Below are positions 25,849-36,256 of a stretch of 64,000 bases of DNA, piece by piece (within the stretch, counting starts at the first letter, position 1; every line of letters starts with the position of its first letter). The DNA is from a virus, in the IMG/VR virus record IMGVR_UViG_3300032893_000026; one strand, 5' to 3'. Both the position numbers and the translations under genes were made by a program. The notes beneath the pieces were generated by a model, which saw only the letters and a list, made by a program, of their open reading frames with translations, had not been told where the DNA came from and made no database searches.

Positions 25849-26970
25849 CTACGCGGCCTTGAGCGTGTCCGCGTACTCCATCATCAGGTCGAGGGCCTGC
25901 CGCTTCACTTGGGCGCCTTCGCCAAAGAGTGCCGCGTTGAGCCCCGAATCGGCATTGCGTCCCCGCTCGTGGTCGACATAGTAAGTCACCGCGTTGAATG
26001 CGTTCCACACGGTGTTGGGGGCCATGGCCGCGCCGGGCTGATTGGGAATCAGTTCGATGACGCGATTGGTCGAACGCGCGAACATATCGGGAGTAATCAA
26101 ACGCTCGTCGCGCCCCACGATCTCCTCCAACAGGCCCGCCGCGTTGTAGCCGTTGATCAACTCATGTCCGCCGCCGTACTCGCCGGGGTCCTGCACGCGG
26201 GCGGTCAGTCTGCCCTGCGACACCATATCGTCGAGCAGCTTGGGCTGGAGTAACTGGATCACGGCTAACTCGGACTCGCGCCTGTCCATCTTGACCTCGC
26301 GCATTACCCGAGCCTTGGCCTCGTAGACGGCAAACTGCGACTTACTGCGGTCCAGGATTGCAGCCACCTGCTGGCGCTTGTCATCGTCCCACCGAGTCGA
26401 GTGGACCATGCGGAACTTGCCAACCTGCTCCGAGATTTTCGCGCCGTTGGTACAGATCAGCCGCTCCGCCAGGAACTCGATGGTCAACGCCATTCCCGGC
26501 ACGTGGCCGGAGCCCACCAAAATCTTGAGCACGGTGGCGTCGCCTTTGACCCAACTGGTATCTCCGCCGTGCGGGGTCTGCATCCTCCGCTCCCACTCCG
26601 GCGACACCGGCAGGCTGAACCCGGAGTCAGGCACGGTCCCTATCGCCCACACGCGGCGCCCCTCGTCGAGAGTACCGGCCCTGTCGAGCACGACATTGAC
26701 CGAGCCAGCCGCCGCCCGCATGGCCTCGATCAACTGGTAGTTATGCACGGGGGAGTAGTCATCCGTGCAGCACCCGAGTTCAACGCCGTTGTCCGAGCGG
26801 ACGAGCGACCTGAACTGCGAGGGCCGCCTCTCACGCTTGCCGACAATCTCAAGGGGCAGCTTGATCGTCTTCCAGTCCATGCCTGCCTTCTGTAGCGCGT
26901 CCGTGTTGTTGAGGCCCGCGATGTTAGCGCCGAGCCCGCGATATTGAGTCGAAGTTCCGTCTGCGAACAT
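25849..26970 (-). CDS. DUF932/DUF945-family phage/plasmid protein
   Basis: AGMDW, VRSDN..LG...Y.P.HN, AGTL.EGRRVW, RLICTN, TVWNAFNAVTYYVDH, LFGEG..K motifs. Confidence 0.8.
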   Translation of the reverse strand: MFADGTSTQYRGLGANIAGLNNTDALQKAGMDWKTIKLPLEIVGKRERRPSQFRSLVRSDNGVELGCCTDDYSPVHNYQLIEAMRAAAGSVNVVLDRAGTLDEGRRVWAIGTVPDSGFSLPVSPEWERRMQTPHGGDTSWVKGDATVLKILVGSGHVPGMALTIEFLAERLICTNGAKISEQVGKFRMVHSTRWDDDKRQQVAAILDRSKSQFAVYEAKARVMREVKMDRRESELAVIQLLQPKLLDDMVSQGRLTARVQDPGEYGGGHELINGYNAAGLLEEIVGRDERLITPDMFARSTNRVIELIPNQPGAAMAPNTVWNAFNAVTYYVDHERGRNADSGLNAALFGEGAQVKRQALDLMMEYADTLKAA

Positions 26971-27027
26971 ATGAGTTACTTCCTTTTGGAGTTAGTGGCC
27001 AATCCCGTGGCAGGGACGGTCGGTGTG

Positions 27028-27044
27028 GATTTAGAGTCTAAATC
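27028..27044. promoter_or_regulatory. Palindromic site copy (perfect)
   Basis: GATTTAGAGTCTAAATC, intergenic, 58 bp upstream of the DUF932 start. Confidence 0.8.
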
Positions 27045-27122
27045 GGTGGTTGAGGGTTTCCCGGCTTTGCCCGGCTGGGGCCGGGCTTGGCGCGGGGCAA
27101 TCCGTTGCGCGAGGATCATGAC

Positions 27123-27482
27123 TTAGACCATCTCCTCCATGCCGGAGGCCTGGATAGCGGAGGTCGCCCCCGCATCATTATTAATGATGGCCGTTTGGGC
27201 CAACCGCTCCTGCGCCTCGTTGTGCCGGGCGGCATACTTCTCCGCTTCGGCAACGGCCTTACCCAGGGAGGAGCGGGGGCCGGTGTGCCGGGAGTAGCCC
27301 TCGCCGAAATAGTGGATCTCGATGCCCCGCTTTTCGAGGATGTCCCGGCGGAGATAGGGAGGAAGCGCGACTCCCTCCGGGGTGATAGTGACCGCGACAT
27401 AGGTATCGGGTCCGCGATCTCCGGAGAGGCTGGTTTTGGCGTGTTGCGAACGGGTGTGGACTGTTGCGTAAGTGCGTGGCAT
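27123..27482 (-). CDS. Hypothetical protein
   Basis: GGAG RBS; plausible composition. Confidence 0.5.
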   Translation of the reverse strand: MPRTYATVHTRSQHAKTSLSGDRGPDTYVAVTITPEGVALPPYLRRDILEKRGIEIHYFGEGYSRHTGPRSSLGKAVAEAEKYAARHNEAQERLAQTAIINNDAGATSAIQASGMEEMV

Positions 27483-27747
27483 GTTAGTTAGTCTCCTTGA
27501 TTACAAATGAGCAGTTATCCGGGTTAGGATAGTTGAAATTCATTTCAGTCCACTCCTCTGTTGTCTCGTCTTGACTGGAGTGCTCCACCCGCATCCGCCG
27601 CAATACCGATATTGCAGACCCTCGAATCCACCAATATGCTTCCCGTCCACGATCTCGGTACTGGTAGCCCCACATTTTCCGCACCGCATGTTGCGGATGC
27701 GATTGCTTTGTTGGATGGCCTCGCGGCCCTCGTCACTTAGTGCCATG

Positions 27748-28068
27748 TTACTTGACCTCCGATTGATTGATATACACTGCGTCCACCCAGGAGCGGCCTG
27801 TCTCGCGCGAGGTGAAGATGTGGTACACGGTGTCGCTGCAAGCATGCACGTAGTAGGCCCGCGAGAACCTGCTCGTGGGTGTGTTGAGCTTTTTGCTTGA
27901 GATGCGTTGTGCAAAGACCATTACGGCAGGAATCCATCTGCCCTGCACTTGCGTTGCTTTGCCGTTCAGCCAGTAGCCATGTTTCGAGCGTTCGATGGTC
28001 ACGTTCTGCTGGTAGGCCAGCCGGGTGGTGGCCACGTTGTCGGTGCTGGTGTTGCGTTCGTCCTTCAT
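27748..28068 (-). CDS. Hypothetical protein
   Basis: Start MKDERN with AAAGGA RBS. Confidence 0.45.
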   Translation of the reverse strand: MKDERNTSTDNVATTRLAYQQNVTIERSKHGYWLNGKATQVQGRWIPAVMVFAQRISSKKLNTPTSRFSRAYYVHACSDTVYHIFTSRETGRSWVDAVYINQSEVK

Positions 28069-28350
28069 GTCCTGTCCTTTCATTGGGCCCCCCGAAGCAG
28101 GGGGGCTTGATCCAAGAATAAGACTTTGCGGACATGGTATGGGGGAAGCCCGACATCTGTTCTCCAACGATAGGTACTGGGGGAGTACCAATTCCCCCCA
28201 CATGGGGGTAAAAAACAGTTAACGATGGGTAGCGGTCAGGCCCCGGCGGCGGGCCTGGCGGCGGGCCTCCTGGCAGGCCTCCCGGCAGGCCCCCTGGCGA
28301 GGGGCCTGCGCCCTGGTGAAACAGGAGGTCCATTGTCCTGATTGATCTGG

Positions 28351-28704
28351 TTATGACTTCGGTTGGGGTACGGAGCCGGGGACTGGGCTGGCACGTTGGC
28401 TGGTAGGTTGGTTGGTACGTTGGCTGGTACGTTGGCTGGCGTATCGGTTGGCGACCTCTCCCTTTCCTCTCTCCACCTCCTCCAGGATGGCCGTCTTCAG
28501 ATCTCTCGCGAACTTGTCGGCCAGCCGTTGGATGGTGGCGTCCAGCCGGGCTCCACTGATCCAAAACCCTCTCCGCGCGTGCCGGGCTTCGAGCTTGCAC
28601 TTTTTCTGGCAGTATATCTGCCAGGGGCGGGTGGGGATGAACTGCGATCCACAGTGTTCACAACAGATAGGATTGTACGAGTGCACCACCCGTTCCTTGG
28701 GCAT
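28351..28704 (-). CDS. Small Cys-motif protein
   Basis: CEHCG..F.P....Q.YC..KC zinc-binding pattern; C-terminal 12-bp tandem repeat. Confidence 0.5.
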   Translation of the reverse strand: MPKERVVHSYNPICCEHCGSQFIPTRPWQIYCQKKCKLEARHARRGFWISGARLDATIQRLADKFARDLKTAILEEVERGKGEVANRYASQRTSQRTNQPTSQRASPVPGSVPQPKS

Positions 28705-28770
28705 AAGTCACCTACGGTTGATGTCCGAGCCCACCCCCCGTCCGAATAACTCCACCGCTGCCTCCCGTAC

Positions 28771-29223
28771 TTATCCCCTGCCTCTGCCTCTGCCCCTGCC
28801 CCTGCCACTCTCGAGTTCCGATTCGGGCTTGCTGGCCTCGCGGACGGACACCCCGGTCCAGTCCTCGCGGCAGGTCCCGGCCTCGATCTGATCCGGCAGC
28901 ACCCCGGCATTCAGGAGCATCACCTTCTCCAACCAGACCGCAGTCCCCCGGATCTTGTACACGTTGAACTCGCCCGTGCGGACGCCGTCGATCACCCCCT
29001 GCGGCAGGGCCTCCAGGAGTTCCTGGAACCGATCCTTTATGCCCGGGTGTCTGACACCCTGCGAGTCCTTGTACCCCTCCTCCTCATCGAGGCCCTTCCG
29101 CTCGATCTGGATCTGCACCAGCCGGGCCGCGATCTCGTTCAACTCCAGAGCCACTTCGACGGGAATATCATCTCTGCCGAGCATCGACTCCAGACTGAGA
29201 TACACCTTCGTCTTCGCCGCCAT
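28771..29223 (-). CDS. Hypothetical protein
   Basis: Plausible start and composition. Confidence 0.5.
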   Translation of the reverse strand: MAAKTKVYLSLESMLGRDDIPVEVALELNEIAARLVQIQIERKGLDEEEGYKDSQGVRHPGIKDRFQELLEALPQGVIDGVRTGEFNVYKIRGTAVWLEKVMLLNAGVLPDQIEAGTCREDWTGVSVREASKPESELESGRGRGRGRGRG

Positions 29224-29962
29224 CTTTCCGTCCTTTCTCCGCCACGCTCTTCTCCAGCTTGTTCAACAACGCAGTGAACCTCGCGTGCCAACCACAATAG
29301 AACTGCTCCTGCCTATGATCGATCCCCTTCCACTGCGCCACGCCGTCCTGACAGGTCCTCCGCGCCACATTGAGCGCCCGGATCACCGTCTCCCAATCCT
29401 CTCCCTCCCCCACGATGATTCCCTTTCCCGAATCGCCCGTCTTGTCGCCCGTCTTGTCGCCCGTCTTGTCCGAGTAACTCTTCGCCTCCGCTCCTGCTCC
29501 CGACCCCGACCCCGACCCCCTTTGTTCCATCACCGACATCCTGGCAGCCTCCACATGGGACATTCCGTGAAACTGTATCCTGTGCCTGTTCGCCGCCGCC
29601 CATTGCCGATAACTCGCCGACTTGAATCCTTCACTCATGTTGTATCTCCTTCGACACCGGATCCTTCCACCCCTCCTCCCCGCACAACATAAACCCCACC
29701 CCGATCTTCTCTCTGGCCTTATCCGCCAACCCCAGATCTCTTATCTCCGCGTCCGTCTTTCCCTTCATCTTGTGGGCCATCTTGGACAGCGTGTACAATC
29801 CCCCCATCGCATCCGCCAGCCACCCGGACACCCTGTTGTATTGGGCACTGAGTGCATCGAACTCCTTTCTCCAGTGATGGAGCGCCATCCTCTGTGCCTC
29901 GATAACTACTTTCATCCGGGCTATCTCATTATCCTCCTCCCCCTCCCGACTTACCTCCCGGC

Positions 29963-30262
29963 TCATATTCCCAACACTCCCTGTATTCTCGATATCAACG
30001 GCCCCTGCCACGTTTTGGTGAAGTATCCACCACTCGACTTATTCAGTATCTCCCTGAGAATCAACTCATATGTCTCGACCTTCTCCTGTAACAACAGCGT
30101 GTTCCCCGACTCCGGCAGGACAGCATCGATGACCTTCTTGAGCGAGGCCAGCCGGTCAGCCACATCCGCCAACCTCTCCTGGCACGCGGCCACCCGCGAC
30201 ACCAGTATCTCATTCCTACCTTGGATCACCACTCCTACAGCCATACCGGTATTCGTACTCAT
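29963..30262 (-). CDS. Coiled-coil hypothetical protein
   Basis: Heptad-like composition; palindromic site 26 bp upstream. Confidence 0.45.
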   Translation of the reverse strand: MSTNTGMAVGVVIQGRNEILVSRVAACQERLADVADRLASLKKVIDAVLPESGNTLLLQEKVETYELILREILNKSSGGYFTKTWQGPLISRIQGVLGI

Positions 30263-30287
30263 ACTCTATCTTTCACCTCGTTTCCTC

Positions 30288-30304
30288 AATTTAGACTCTA
30301 AATC
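30288..30304. promoter_or_regulatory. Palindromic site copy
   Basis: AATTTAGACTCTAAATC, intergenic. Confidence 0.75.
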
Positions 30305-30559
30305 CCTGGACCTTACCTATCGAATCTCATTGCACCGCCCCGGAACCACCGGTATGGAGATCGGAGGTTTCGCCAATAACTTGGTAGAAGCGGTGAATTT
30401 TTCCACCCCGAATTATGGCATACGCATCGTAGGCGAGTGTTGCACCAATGCTGTCGCCTTCGTCGGGCCGGTACAAAGCACCTTCGGTCATCTGCTCGTT
30501 TCCCCAAAAAATCAGCGGAATGCCGTGCAGCGTCACATCAGTTTTTATTTCTCTCCCCA

Positions 30560-30970
30560 TTACTTCATCTCTCCCCACTTCTCGGCCAACGGGTTCCTCC
30601 GCCACCCGGACGGATCCTCCCCGCCGGATATCCCCACCCGGCGCATCTTGCTCCGCATCTTGTGTTTGCGGAGATAGGCACGCCACAGGGTCTTAGGCTT
30701 GATCGGAGGCCTCCCCGGACGTGGCTTGGGGTTGATGATAGCCCCCAGTTTGATTACCCATGCCATATCACTCTCCCTTGGCCAGATGTGCCACTCTCCA
30801 TCAATTCCCTTGACGATAGCCCTGCGGCATACGAGGCATTCCATCCTCGACTGGTTGTAGATTGGGACGGAGACGTTGCAGCATACCACCAATCCCACCT
30901 GATCGGAGTAGTCCCCGTGTCCGGTAGTTACTAGTCCAAAGGTATACTCACATGCTGATCGGAAAGTCAT
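30560..30970 (-). CDS. Cassette-like hypothetical gene between 29-bp direct repeats
   Basis: Start MTFRSA with GGAG RBS; ends with the same AEKWGEMK* as the polymerase. Confidence 0.5.
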   Translation of the reverse strand: MTFRSACEYTFGLVTTGHGDYSDQVGLVVCCNVSVPIYNQSRMECLVCRRAIVKGIDGEWHIWPRESDMAWVIKLGAIINPKPRPGRPPIKPKTLWRAYLRKHKMRSKMRRVGISGGEDPSGWRRNPLAEKWGEMK

Positions 30971-31022
30971 ATCTTCTCCATACCCCTTATGTCTTACTTC
31001 ATCTCTCCCCACTTCTCGGCCA
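30560..31022. repeat. 29-bp exact direct repeat TTACTTCATCTCTCCCCACTTCTCGGCCA
   Basis: Copies at 30560-30588 and 30994-31022. Confidence 0.9.
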
Positions 31023-32403
31023 CGTCCGAGCTACTGTCTACAGGCACGTCGAGCCTGACTGCGTTCTGCATCACGTACCTCACCTCGTGTCCGAAGTCCT
31101 CCGCCAGATCGTCCTGCACCTCGAAGATCAACTCATCGTGTATCTGTAACAGGGGTAACACGAGATACTGCTGCGACTGGTAGTAAGTCACCAGATTGTA
31201 CACCTCCCCCATAACCAGCTTGATCACACCTTGGGCCGAGGCCTGGATCGGCATATTCCCCGCCTCCCTCAGCCCCTCGTTGACCTTGGCCGGGATGACT
31301 GACCTTACTTCGGGGATAAGTCTGGTCCTGCCAAACATATCCCACACCATCTCTTCCGCCTTGGCCCTCCGGTACTGCTCCTCCATCCAGTCCCGGATCC
31401 CGGGATAGGCGTCGAACCAAGCGTCAATGTACTTCTGGCACTCCTCCTCGCTCAGTTCCGGCCCGCCTTCGGCCATGATGTTGGCCCTCAGTCCCGGGGC
31501 GGTAAGCCCATACAACACACCGAATCCCAAGTTCTTGGCCGGGGCCCGCTGATTCTGCTTGAAGTTCTTCCACTCAGCCGCTTCCTCGGGAGTTAGCGTC
31601 TTGGACTCGTTCTTCTGCGCGAGATAGTTGATCCTCTCTATGGACAGCTTGAACAGGGCGCAGGCCGTGCGGTTGTGGATGTCGAGCCCCTGGATGAAGA
31701 TCTGCTGCATGGCCTGATCGCCACTCAGGTGGGCGGCTATCCGCATCTCGATCTGGCTGAGATCGCCTCCTACCAGCTTGGTGCCTCTTGAACCGACGAA
31801 GGCATTCCTGATCAGCTTGCCGTAGTCCCCCCTTATCGGGATGTTCTGCAAGTTGGGCAAGCCCTGCTTCCTGTCCCCCGAGCTAAGTCTCCCCGTGGTA
31901 GTGCGGGTGGCCTTGAATACCGTCCTCAGCCTTCCGTCCGCTCCCACCAGCAGGGGCAGGGGGCCGGTGTAAGTACTTCTCAACTTGGTGATCTCGCGGA
32001 AGTCCTGGATGCTCTTGATGACGGGGTGGAGGTTGACCATCGAGGCCAGCACTTCGTCTTCCGTGGTGTATCTCCCGCTCTTGAGTTTCCTCGGATCCCC
32101 CGGCGGCTTGAGTTCCATCCGTTCAAACAACAGATTGGCGACCTGATCCGGCGACCCCGGGCTGAATCCGGGGTATATGTCGTTCGTCCACAACCGGATC
32201 TCGTCGACTATCTCCGCCTCGCGGACGGAGAATTTAGAGTCTAAATCCAGGAGGTAGGGGACATCGATCCGGATGCCGTGCCGGTGCATCTGCGCGATCA
32301 TGGGCCACGCCATGCGGTCCAGCCTCGCGACGTTGGAGAGGGAGGGGCTGTCGACGAGCCGCACTCCCCCGAAGCATTTCTGGCCTACCCAATGAGGAAC
32401 CAT
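30994..32403 (-). CDS. polA: Family A DNA polymerase, polymerase domain only
   Basis: TGRLSS, PNLQNIP, motif A DLSQIEMR, motif B RAPAKNLGFGVLYG, motif C QIHDEL; own GGAGG RBS before ATG 32403; no exonuclease motifs. Confidence 0.92.
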   Translation of the reverse strand: MVPHWVGQKCFGGVRLVDSPSLSNVARLDRMAWPMIAQMHRHGIRIDVPYLLDLDSKFSVREAEIVDEIRLWTNDIYPGFSPGSPDQVANLLFERMELKPPGDPRKLKSGRYTTEDEVLASMVNLHPVIKSIQDFREITKLRSTYTGPLPLLVGADGRLRTVFKATRTTTGRLSSGDRKQGLPNLQNIPIRGDYGKLIRNAFVGSRGTKLVGGDLSQIEMRIAAHLSGDQAMQQIFIQGLDIHNRTACALFKLSIERINYLAQKNESKTLTPEEAAEWKNFKQNQRAPAKNLGFGVLYGLTAPGLRANIMAEGGPELSEEECQKYIDAWFDAYPGIRDWMEEQYRRAKAEEMVWDMFGRTRLIPEVRSVIPAKVNEGLREAGNMPIQASAQGVIKLVMGEVYNLVTYYQSQQYLVLPLLQIHDELIFEVQDDLAEDFGHEVRYVMQNAVRLDVPVDSSSDVAEKWGEMK

Positions 32404-32795
32404 CTGTACCTCCGGGGGACAGGTCTGCGCTCCTCGCGGCACAGGTAGCAGAGTATCCGCCCACCCGTGTAGCGGGGAGACACGTAAGTCCTGCGCCCGC
32501 ACTTGGAGCATTTGGAAGAATCGCGTGATCCGTCTTCCGGATTGTCTTCAGTCTTGTGACTCATGCATGTGCCACTTTCTCTTCTCCTCTTCGGAGATAG
32601 AACGGATCTGGTAGGAGTACTTGGCATTGGTCCTCCAATGGTGAAGGCAACGCAGACACACGAGGGCCGAATAGTCGGACGGGGTGGTGTGATAACCGTT
32701 GAATGCCGAGTGGTTGCACTTCCAATCCACCACGCGCCAGTACTTGCGGTCACATTCGCAATGGCCGTGTATTCCGGACCTGCTGATAGGTGTGC

Positions 32796-33197
32796 TCATT
32801 CGACCTCCCACCTGGATTTCTCTCGCGGGCTGAGGTCCCACACAATCCTTCTCCTTCCGCTACTCGCCACCCTCCTCTCGCCTGTGTCTACCACATACCC
32901 TTTCCGGCATAGCGGGGCCAACCGGGGGCTGGAGGTAGGGATGTCGAGGGCCAGCTTGATGGAAATCTCCTCCACGGTCAGGCCCGGCTTGCCCCCTTCC
33001 TTGTGGATGGGAAGCCCGGTGCGGTATAGGCGGATGCAATGAAAGACAATATCCTCCAACCCCCTGACATCGATGGACTCGGCGGCCTCAAGGGAGGTGT
33101 CGGGATCATCTTTCCTGCACCCCCCTATTTCATGTATCCCCGTCCCGCGTTTCTCGTGTTGCTCGTGTTGCTCGTGTTGCTTGTAATCGGGATTCAT
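32796..33197 (-). CDS. Winged-HTH-like phage protein
   Basis: DPDTSLEAA...GLT.EE...SPRL..L...G.V.D.G.RR...SGR...VW pattern. Confidence 0.6.
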   Translation of the reverse strand: MNPDYKQHEQHEQHEKRGTGIHEIGGCRKDDPDTSLEAAESIDVRGLEDIVFHCIRLYRTGLPIHKEGGKPGLTVEEISIKLALDIPTSSPRLAPLCRKGYVVDTGERRVASSGRRRIVWDLSPREKSRWEVE

Positions 33198-33655
33198 TCG
33201 ACCCTCCGCAGCACAATCATCGGAACCCCTCCTAACGACTGGGGATCGAATCCCGGATCGTGGGCGCACTGGGGGCTCAGATTGGCGTGCTGGTTGAGCG
33301 CCTGCCTCACCGCCGCCATGAGGTGGTCGAACATGGATGAGTGCAGATCGGAGGATAGGAGATAAAGCTCTCCCCCAGCCCCGCACTCCGCGCACGTCCA
33401 ACAGACCGCCTTGTCCATCCTCAAAGACCTCTCCAGCGTGTCCCACAACCTGCCGCACACCCTCATCCAGTACTCCGTCTCCAGGAGTTCTCCCTCAAAC
33501 GCCTCCGTGGACTTAGGCATGGACTTAGGCGTGGGCGTAGGCATGGTCCTGGATATAGTCCTAGACTCGTGTCCCGGGACTATGTCCATGGCTGGTTGGG
33601 GAGATTTAGAGTCTAAATTTCCGGGAGAGGATTTAGAGTCTAAATTGTCTGGCAT
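33194..33655 (-). CDS. Hypothetical protein starting with two palindrome-encoded LDSK repeats
   Basis: MPDNLDSKSSPGNLDSKS; CxxC motif. Confidence 0.45.
   Translation of the reverse strand: MPDNLDSKSSPGNLDSKSPQPAMDIVPGHESRTISRTMPTPTPKSMPKSTEAFEGELLETEYWMRVCGRLWDTLERSLRMDKAVCWTCAECGAGGELYLLSSDLHSSMFDHLMAAVRQALNQHANLSPQCAHDPGFDPQSLGGVPMIVLRRVE
33603..33646. promoter_or_regulatory. Tandem pair of palindromic sites
   Basis: GATTTAGAGTCTAAATT at 33603-33619 and 33630-33646 (27-bp period). Confidence 0.8.
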
Positions 33656-34104
33656 CAGTTCTCCTTGCTCCGCTGTTTGTCGGCTCTGCCCTTGCGGCGG
33701 GGGATGTAGTCGATGCTCTTCTTGTGGAACTTGTGCGATCCCCGCCGGTAGGCTCCGGCGCGGGCCACGGCCCGATGGTACTCGGGGTCGTTCCAGTAAG
33801 CCGATTGATGAACCTGCTTGGTGCAGTCCCGGCAGGTTGACCGGTGGCCGTGGAGGCGGGATCTGTCGACTGAGAAATTGGATATGGTCATCCAACGGGA
33901 GCAACGGGGACAGTATAAGAGGTCGAAGTCGAAGGCCTCCCGGATGTCCCGCTCTATGGCTTGGCGCAGGGTGCCCGACCTGCGTTCGCCGTCGATCCGC
34001 TTGGCCGAGCGCACGATGAGCAGGACCTTGGATATGATGGACTCCTGCTCTTTGATCCGTTTGTCCAGTTCCGCCATTTCCGGGTCTATGTCCAGTGACG
34101 CCAT
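33655..34104 (-). CDS. Zn-ribbon protein
   Basis: CPRC....ISNF..DRSRLHG..STCRDC pattern. Confidence 0.55.
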   Translation of the reverse strand: MASLDIDPEMAELDKRIKEQESIISKVLLIVRSAKRIDGERRSGTLRQAIERDIREAFDFDLLYCPRCSRWMTISNFSVDRSRLHGHRSTCRDCTKQVHQSAYWNDPEYHRAVARAGAYRRGSHKFHKKSIDYIPRRKGRADKQRSKEN

Positions 34105-34106
34105 GC

Positions 34107-34514
34107 TTATCTCTCCCTGTCCTTGTATTCCGGGCTTGCCGGTATGGGCCTGGGGTGGGATTCCTGTGAGCCTTCCTTCTCGCGGCGCATATGGCTCAGG
34201 AGGAGGTTGGGGGAGGGCTTCGAGTAGTAGGCTACGTGGAGGTAGGCCGTAGCCATGGAGCAGGTGAAGAGGATGCCGAAGTCCGACTTGGTGACTCCGT
34301 CCTCGATGGAGGAGAGAGACTCGGACCAGTAGGTCCCGTAGTTGCGGGCTGATATCCCGACGCCGAACAGTCCCAGGCGGTATATGACCTGGGAGGTGTC
34401 CTTGGCGCGGATGCAGAAGTGGACCCGGCCATGCATGTCCGCGTCCGGGTGGTTGGGCCAGTAGACGATGCCGGAGTAGACCCGGCGCTTGGCGGGCTGT
34501 TCAGGTATTGGCAT
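34107..34514 (-). CDS. Hypothetical protein
   Basis: Coupled in the gene run; plausible composition. Confidence 0.45.
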   Translation of the reverse strand: MPIPEQPAKRRVYSGIVYWPNHPDADMHGRVHFCIRAKDTSQVIYRLGLFGVGISARNYGTYWSESLSSIEDGVTKSDFGILFTCSMATAYLHVAYYSKPSPNLLLSHMRREKEGSQESHPRPIPASPEYKDRER

Positions 34515-34757
34515 CCACGCTTCTCCTTTCGAGGATGGACCTCATGATGCGCTGGGGTATGTCGGACACGGTGCCATCTTCCCGCAAATGGTGTTGGCTG
34601 CAAGGGAACTCGATCACCTCCCGGACACAAGCGGTGACTCCGGGATTGTTGAGGACATAGATGGCGGCCCATTCGAGAGCACCCTCCTGGGTTGCGTGGT
34701 AGGTGTGGACTTCCCGTTCAACGGGTTGGGGTTCGATGTAGCAGTGGTATTTGAGCA

Positions 34758-35135
34758 TCAGAGCTTGCCTCCTTTGGCGTAAGTCTCGAATTGGGAATGC
34801 ATGGCCTGCTCCGCGAGATAGTTGGCGACGTAAGTCAGTCCTTTCGCGCGGGCCACCTCCGCCAGAGCGTTCAACGTGGTCTTGGATGAGCGGGGAGTTC
34901 GCCCAACCGCGAGATTGGTGATTGTGTCGAGGCTCACTCCGGCGGCGCGGGCCAGCATGGACCGGCTGCCCATACGCTCCACCAGCCGCTTGACGGCGTC
35001 TTCGGTGTAGAGAACGGGCTTGTCGGAGAGGAGGCGGCGGCGCATGTGATCCAGGTATAGCTGTCGGATGTGCGCCTGCGTCTCCGGCGAAGTGGGACTG
35101 ATGATCGGATTGATGTCGCCGAAAGGATTGCTCAT
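34758..35135 (-). CDS. XRE-like HTH protein
   Basis: SRSMLARAAGVSLDTITNLAVGRT..S..TLNALA; GGAGG RBS. Confidence 0.65.
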   Translation of the reverse strand: MSNPFGDINPIISPTSPETQAHIRQLYLDHMRRRLLSDKPVLYTEDAVKRLVERMGSRSMLARAAGVSLDTITNLAVGRTPRSSKTTLNALAEVARAKGLTYVANYLAEQAMHSQFETYAKGGKL

Positions 35136-35449
35136 GCTTCCTCCCGGGATTGCACAGTCAGGTTCATCGCATGGATCATCTCCGCCTCCACGGCGGTCCT
35201 GATCACCGCCGCGAGTACGGGGGTGAGGCGCGTGGTGTAACTGCCTTTGTGTTTCCACGGTATGATGACGGCTTCCCGTTCCCAGACCTCGTGGTGACTG
35301 TAAAGCACCTTGACCGACTGGGGATCCGAGAAGTCGATGTCGCAGACAATGACGGACCGGCTGCCGAATCCGGTCAACTCATCCGGCTGGTCCACGTTGA
35401 AGGCCGGGCACCGCATCTTCAGGACCTGTTTATTAGGCGATAGCTCCAA

Positions 35450-35705
35450 CATCCTTTCCTGCCTTTCCAGGCTTTTACACCAGCTTCTTCCGGTGATCGA
35501 AGCCCTGTATTTATATATAGTCAAAACGGCTTTCGTTACGTAACGAATGCTGAAGAACAATACTGAAAATCAAAAACGTACTTTTCCACAGGCTAAGTGG
35601 GGGTACTCCACCCCATTTAATTTTTTCAGACTCGTATGTCAAAAACGGAGTAAAAAAGGGCAAAAACTCGCTATAAGTGGGGCTGGGTATGTAACCCATG
35701 AGTAA
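35450..35705. promoter_or_regulatory. AT-rich divergent promoter / candidate origin
   Basis: The most conspicuously AT-rich stretch by eye; perfect 16-bp palindrome TTCGTTACGTAACGAA (35532-35547); TTTTCCACA DnaA-box consensus (35582-35590); CAAAA(A)C x4. Confidence 0.6.
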
Positions 35706-35708
35706 AAC

Positions 35709-36122
35709 ATGGTGTATTATGTTGGACGAGAAAGGAAGCCAATCGTGCCCTTCAAAGTGTGGTTCAACCCCCGGAAGCGGAAGCCCCGCTACCTGATCCT
35801 CGACTGCATGTGCTGCGCCTACCACTGGACGAAAAGCCAGTTGAAACTGCCGAAGGTCTGCCCCCGGTGCCGGAACCGCCGATGGAACGACCCCACCTTC
35901 CGGTGGATCGATTATGTCTGCTCCCTGTGCGGCCACAAATGGCGCTCCAGCCACCCCAACCGGCCCCGCAAGTGCCCGAAGTGCTCCCGGTACATGTGGG
36001 ATGTCGATCAGGCCCTCGCCGTAACTCAAGGGCCCCTGTCCGAAATGGGTGTGCCGGATGAGGACCAAAGCCTCCCGGACGGCACCCCACCCTACGATCC
36101 AAATCCGGTCAAGCTGGATTAG
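35709..36122 (+). CDS. Double Zn-ribbon protein
   Basis: Two copies of C-x2-C-x-[YH]-x-W-x7-P-x2-CPxC-x4-W. Confidence 0.75.
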   Translation: MVYYVGRERKPIVPFKVWFNPRKRKPRYLILDCMCCAYHWTKSQLKLPKVCPRCRNRRWNDPTFRWIDYVCSLCGHKWRSSHPNRPRKCPKCSRYMWDVDQALAVTQGPLSEMGVPDEDQSLPDGTPPYDPNPVKLD

Positions 36123-36256
36123 TAGGCGCCTGGGCCTTCCCGGACTCCCAGGACTACTCCCAGGCTCACCCAGGCCTCTCCGGCCTCCTGGCGGGCCTGG
36201 GAGCGGCCTCAGAACCGATCCTGGCGAGGCTTTAGACCCTGAATCTCCGGACTGCC

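Noticed and set aside
28171-28212. G/C-run hairpins resembling the one at 35598-35615 as a second origin
   Set aside because: Short homopolymer stems and only an 8-bp shared word; too weak to call.
33236-33262. tRNA-like T-loop (GGGGATCGAATCCC)
   Set aside because: No acceptor, D or anticodon arms can be folded around it, and it lies inside a coding region.
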